This document shows, piece after piece, positions 17,492-20,000 of a DNA stretch of 20,000 nucleotides. Below the pieces are notes generated by a model. The model did no database searches and had not been told where the DNA came from. It worked only from the letters and a program-made list of their open reading frames with translations. The DNA lies in sequence record DRR723986_33163, one strand, 5' to 3'. Every line of letters starts with the position of its first letter. Position 1 is the first letter of the stretch. The position numbers were made by a program, and so were the translations under genes.

Positions 17492-17508
17492 ATTGTAACA
17501 AGGTGGTT

Positions 17509-18387
17509 ATGAAAACAAGGAAGCCTACATATGAAAAAATAAGTCCAGAATTTGGTAGCTCAATTTTGGTGCGAAAGCATAAGATAGATGCGTATAAAGG
17601 AGAAGTTAAACCCTTCTGGCATTTTCATCCTGAGATTGAATTGGTATATGTAAATAAGGGTAAAGGTAAAAGACACATTGGAAACCATTTATCTTATTTT
17701 AATAACAGTCAGCTTTTACTCTTAGGTTCAAATCTACCGCATAATGGATTTATAGATAGACTAACAATAAATGGATCTGAGACAATTGTTCAATTTAAAC
17801 CAGAGTTTTTAGGGGGGTATTTTTTTAATATTCCTGAAATGGAACGAATTAATAAATTACTGGAACGAGCTAAGGGTGGAATATTGTTCGGAGTAAAAAC
17901 AAAGCAAAAAATCGGTTCTAAGATTGAAAAACTTCCAGAAAAAGAAGGATTTAAAAAAATATTGGTTCTACTTGAAATTTTACACGGTCTTGCAAAGTCA
18001 GAAGATTATACCGTATTAAATGCCGATGGATTTACTTTTGAGGCAGAACCGCAGGATAGTGCTAAAATTGATATCATTTTTAGACATATTAATGAAAATT
18101 TCCAAAGGCATTTAAGTTTGGATGAAATTGCAGATAAGGTAAGTATGACGGTACCAGCTTTTTGCAGATATTTTAAAAAAATTACAGGAAAAACATTTAC
18201 CAAATTAGTTAACGAATATAGAGTTGTGCACGCTACTAAACTATTGTCTGAAAGTCAATTAAGTATTACTGATATTTGTTACGAGTGTGGGTTTAACAAT
18301 TTTTCTCATTTTAATAAATTATTTAACGAGTTTACGGGTAAGAGTGCTTCTAAATATCGAAGTGAACTGAAATTAATTGTACAATAA
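17509..18387 (+). CDS. AraC family transcriptional regulator with N-terminal cupin domain
   Basis: Cupin motif WHFHPEIELVYV...NLPH; C-terminal double HTH (LSLDEIA..MTVPAFCRYFKK; SITDICYECGFNNFSHFNKLF). Start is ATG 17509 or GTG 17503. Confidence 0.95.
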   Translation: MKTRKPTYEKISPEFGSSILVRKHKIDAYKGEVKPFWHFHPEIELVYVNKGKGKRHIGNHLSYFNNSQLLLLGSNLPHNGFIDRLTINGSETIVQFKPEFLGGYFFNIPEMERINKLLERAKGGILFGVKTKQKIGSKIEKLPEKEGFKKILVLLEILHGLAKSEDYTVLNADGFTFEAEPQDSAKIDIIFRHINENFQRHLSLDEIADKVSMTVPAFCRYFKKITGKTFTKLVNEYRVVHATKLLSESQLSITDICYECGFNNFSHFNKLFNEFTGKSASKYRSELKLIVQ

Positions 18388-18396
18388 CTATTAAAT

Positions 18397-18570
18397 ATGG
18401 ATAAAAAAATTAACATAGCTATCGAGTACTATACATCAAAAGGACAAAAAATCTTGGATAAGGTTAATAAAAGTAATGATGTGAGCGCCGATGAGTTAAT
18501 TCATTTAGGGAAAGAGATGGCAATTATTGAATATAAGTTGACTGCATTGGAGATAGCAAAAACAAATTAA
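18397..18570 (+). CDS. 57-aa hypothetical helical protein (below the ORF-track cutoff)
   Basis: MDKKINIAIEYYTSKGQKILDKVNKSNDVSADELIHLGKEMAIIEYKLTALEIAKTN*. It fills the gap almost exactly: starts 9 nt after the AraC stop and ends 1 nt before the convergent HD gene stop. Confidence 0.75.
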   Translation: MDKKINIAIEYYTSKGQKILDKVNKSNDVSADELIHLGKEMAIIEYKLTALEIAKTN

Positions 18571-18571
18571 T

Positions 18572-19228
18572 CTAAAGTTCCCCATTCCATTCTCCATAAA
18601 ACTGTTTTAAAAAGCCCATCATATATTTATGTCTTTTTTCGGCAATTCGTTTTCCTGTTTTGGTATTCATACGGTCTTTTAAAAGCAATAATTTCTCATA
18701 AAAGTGATTAATTGTAGGTGCTTTTGCAGCTTTATATTCTTCCGTGGTCATATTAAGGTTGGGTTTAATTTCAGGATTGTATAAAGCTCTTTTTTTAAAA
18801 CCTCCATAATTAAAACAACGTGCAATACCAATAGCACCTATAGCATCTAAACGATCTGCGTCTTGTACCACCTCCAATTCTTTTGAGGTAAACGATTTAT
18901 TTGAATTAAATGAATTCTTAAAAGACATATTTTCAATAATATTGATAACATGCTCTATAGTTTTAGAGTCGACATTTTGTTTCAATAAAAATTCTCTTGC
19001 CATTCTTGGGCCAATAGTTTCATTACCATCGTAAAATTTTGGATCTGCAATATCATGTAAAAGTGCAGCCAGTGAAACTACTGTTAAATCGATATTTTCA
19101 TGTTTTGCAATATGTAATGAGTTCTCATAAACACGCTCAATATGAAACCAATCATGTCCTCCTTCAGCATTAGCAAGTTCCTTTTTAACAAAAGCTATTG
19201 TGGAGTCTATAAGTTCTTTTTGTGTCAT
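18572..19228 (-). CDS. HD-domain phosphohydrolase (YedJ-like)
   Basis: GGHDWFHIERV, LLHDIAD, VVQDADRLDAIGAIGIAR, HFYEKLL. Confidence 0.92.
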   Translation of the reverse strand: MTQKELIDSTIAFVKKELANAEGGHDWFHIERVYENSLHIAKHENIDLTVVSLAALLHDIADPKFYDGNETIGPRMAREFLLKQNVDSKTIEHVINIIENMSFKNSFNSNKSFTSKELEVVQDADRLDAIGAIGIARCFNYGGFKKRALYNPEIKPNLNMTTEEYKAAKAPTINHFYEKLLLLKDRMNTKTGKRIAEKRHKYMMGFLKQFYGEWNGEL

Positions 19229-19962
19229 TAGTCTATAGATCTTTTTATCTGATCCTCAATGCTACTAATCAGTTGTAGTTTATCTTCAAAATCACTTACT
19301 TTCAATGGCTTATGTACTAAATATGAGATTTTTGCACCTAAACCCATGGGAAATTTTCCATAACGCAAGGTTTTCCAAGAATTATTAATGGTGATTGGTA
19401 CTAGTAATGCATTTGGCGCATGTTCTATCATAGTGAGCAATCCTTTGGTCTTAAAAGGTTTTGGTTTGCCATCTCTACTGCGTGTACCTTCCGGAAAAAT
19501 AACCGCTGCCCACTTGTTTTTTTTTATACGTTGAGCAAAATTTTCAATTGCTCTAATTGATTCTAAAGGTTTTTTTCTATCAATTAAAACTGATCCACCG
19601 TGTCTCAAATTATAAGAAACACTAGGAATACCCTTTCCTAATTCTTTTTTACTAATAAACTTAACATGGTGTTTTCGTAAATACCAGATTAAAGGCGGTA
19701 TATCATACATACTTTGATGGTTCGCTACAATAATGAGAGGAACGCCTTTAGGAATATTTTGCGGATTATTAAATGTAAACTGAGTTCCTAGAACATTAAG
19801 ACATCTTAATAAGAAGAATTGCAGCCAATCTACACTAATTTTATGAGCTCTATATCCAAATACATTATTACAGAACCATTGTATAGGATGAAATATAACT
19901 AAGGTTAAGCCAAAGCAAATAAAATATAAAATAGTGATAGGGTAAGCTAAAACTTTAAGCAT
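19228..19962 (-). CDS. Lysophospholipid (1-acyl-sn-glycerol-3-phosphate) acyltransferase, PlsC family
   Basis: NHQSMYD (HxxxxD), FISKKEL, IDR, FPEGTRS. The stop overlaps the HD gene start (TAATG). Confidence 0.92.
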   Translation of the reverse strand: MLKVLAYPITILYFICFGLTLVIFHPIQWFCNNVFGYRAHKISVDWLQFFLLRCLNVLGTQFTFNNPQNIPKGVPLIIVANHQSMYDIPPLIWYLRKHHVKFISKKELGKGIPSVSYNLRHGGSVLIDRKKPLESIRAIENFAQRIKKNKWAAVIFPEGTRSRDGKPKPFKTKGLLTMIEHAPNALLVPITINNSWKTLRYGKFPMGLGAKISYLVHKPLKVSDFEDKLQLISSIEDQIKRSID

Positions 19963-19973
19963 ACCGTAAAATT

Positions 19974-20000
19974 AAAAAACCACGATATATATCGTGGTTT
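19974..20000 (-). terminator. Perfect palindrome, probable intrinsic terminator of an upstream minus-strand gene outside the window
   Basis: AAACCACGATATATATCGTGGTTT (19977-20000) is its own reverse complement; T6 run on the minus strand at 19979-19974; cut off by the window edge. Confidence 0.6.

Noticed and set aside
4118-18203. Short minus-strand track ORFs (4118, 4499, 5321, 7221, 9730, 10300, 10761, 15082, 18006)
   Set aside because: All are antisense shadows of well-supported + strand genes and have no recognisable motifs.

Overview
AT-rich Bacteroidota chromosomal window, most likely Flavobacteriaceae (inferred from gene content and repeated TAnnTTT[G/A] promoter motifs). From left to right: a very large TraB/GumN (Tiki-like) protein on the minus strand that is missing from the ORF track and runs off the left edge; then a + strand run of hemH (with an internal Cys-rich insert), a MATE exporter, a 1028-aa Asp-box/Vps10-type beta-propeller protein, hemJ, an orphan NtrY-like histidine kinase and an enoyl-CoA hydratase. 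The apparent intergenic gap at 11446-11967 holds an unannotated 46-aa hydrophobic ORF with its own promoter and the 3' remnant of a PA0069-family radical SAM gene ending in QLKLF. Next is a two-gene lipoprotein unit (vanadium-dependent haloperoxidase-like enzyme plus an FG-GAP/ASPIC-UnbV protein) with a candidate promoter and a terminator, which is the best candidate for an under-described system. It is followed by a frameshifted secreted-protein gene divergent from an AraC regulator, an unannotated 57-aa ORF, an HD hydrolase and a PlsC-type acyltransferase. No RNA genes, CRISPR arrays or mobile elements were seen. Family assignments come from motif recognition, not from database searches.
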